Below the pieces are notes generated by a model. The model searched no databases. It was not told the origin of the DNA and worked only from the letters and a program-made list of their open reading frames with translations. The translations under genes and the position numbers were made by a program. Below are positions 62,802-64,000 of a DNA stretch of 64,000 nucleotides, piece after piece (within the stretch, counting starts at the first letter, position 1; each line of letters starts with the position of its first letter). Source of the DNA: Eledone cirrhosa (Eukaryota); assembly GCA_964016885.1 (NCBI GenBank), contig OZ024763.1, forward strand, positions 28,892,001-28,956,000, in the 5' to 3' direction.

Positions 62802-62959
62802 CGTTATTCCGGGTTGAATCGGAGGTAACCACAGTAAGTAAGGTACTCAATACATAGCAGAGTATAAAAGTTTTAATATAGATGAGATTCTACAGGATTA
62901 GAACTGTAGAATCTCATTTATATTAAAACTATATATATATATATATATTTTTTTTTTAA

Positions 62960-63172
62960 TCGATCGACTTTCGTCAAATCGGACCGAGGAAACAATGTTT
63001 CCGTTGGTCTTTCCAGTTGCTAGTACTATCTATCGGTCACAACTCCAGGTAGAAAGAGCAACGTGAAATAAAGTGTCTTGTTCAAGGACATAACGCATCG
63101 CCCGGTCCAGGAATCGAACTCACAACCTCAAGATTGTGAATCCAATTCTCTAACCACTCAGCCACACGCCTT
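62960..63172 (-). mobile_element. SINE family B copy
   Basis: Reverse complement of the 22320-22520 type, with an intact tRNA-like head. Confidence 0.88.
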
Positions 63173-63173
63173 C

Positions 63174-63218
<45 letters not shown>

Positions 63219-63278
63219 CGTATACATATATACATACATACATATATATATATACATACATACACACCCACCCACCCA

Positions 63279-63994
<716 letters not shown>

Positions 63995-64000
63995 ATATAT

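Overview
Eukaryotic, very AT-rich, microsatellite-dominated DNA. The tRNA-derived SINE repertoire suggests an octopus or other cephalopod genome; this is an inference. Almost all ORFs in the track are translations of (TA)n, (CA)n, (GA)n or (CCA)n and are not genes. The recognisable content is mobile DNA: two abundant SINE families, a non-autonomous Helitron, mariner- and piggyBac-type MITE pieces, RTE-clade and RLE (R4/Dong-like) LINE 3' ends, and 123-bp and 60-bp tandem arrays. There is also a possible decayed minus-strand UPA/death-domain gene at about 5.9-10.1 kb. The main hidden signal is a dense population of type I hammerhead ribozymes (stem I - CUGANGA - stem II - GAAA - short, usually palindromic stem III - NUH - stem I). 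Reading by eye I found 13 with an intact core and about 10 with core variants, belonging to many apparently unrelated short elements. These elements sit in (TA)n tracts, are often folded back into long palindromes, and some begin at the predicted cleavage site. A GLYRDDGL reverse-transcriptase remnant lies next to one of them. This fits Penelope-like pLTR or retrozyme-type elements targeting TA microsatellites. All structures were assigned by manual reading and none is computationally or experimentally verified.
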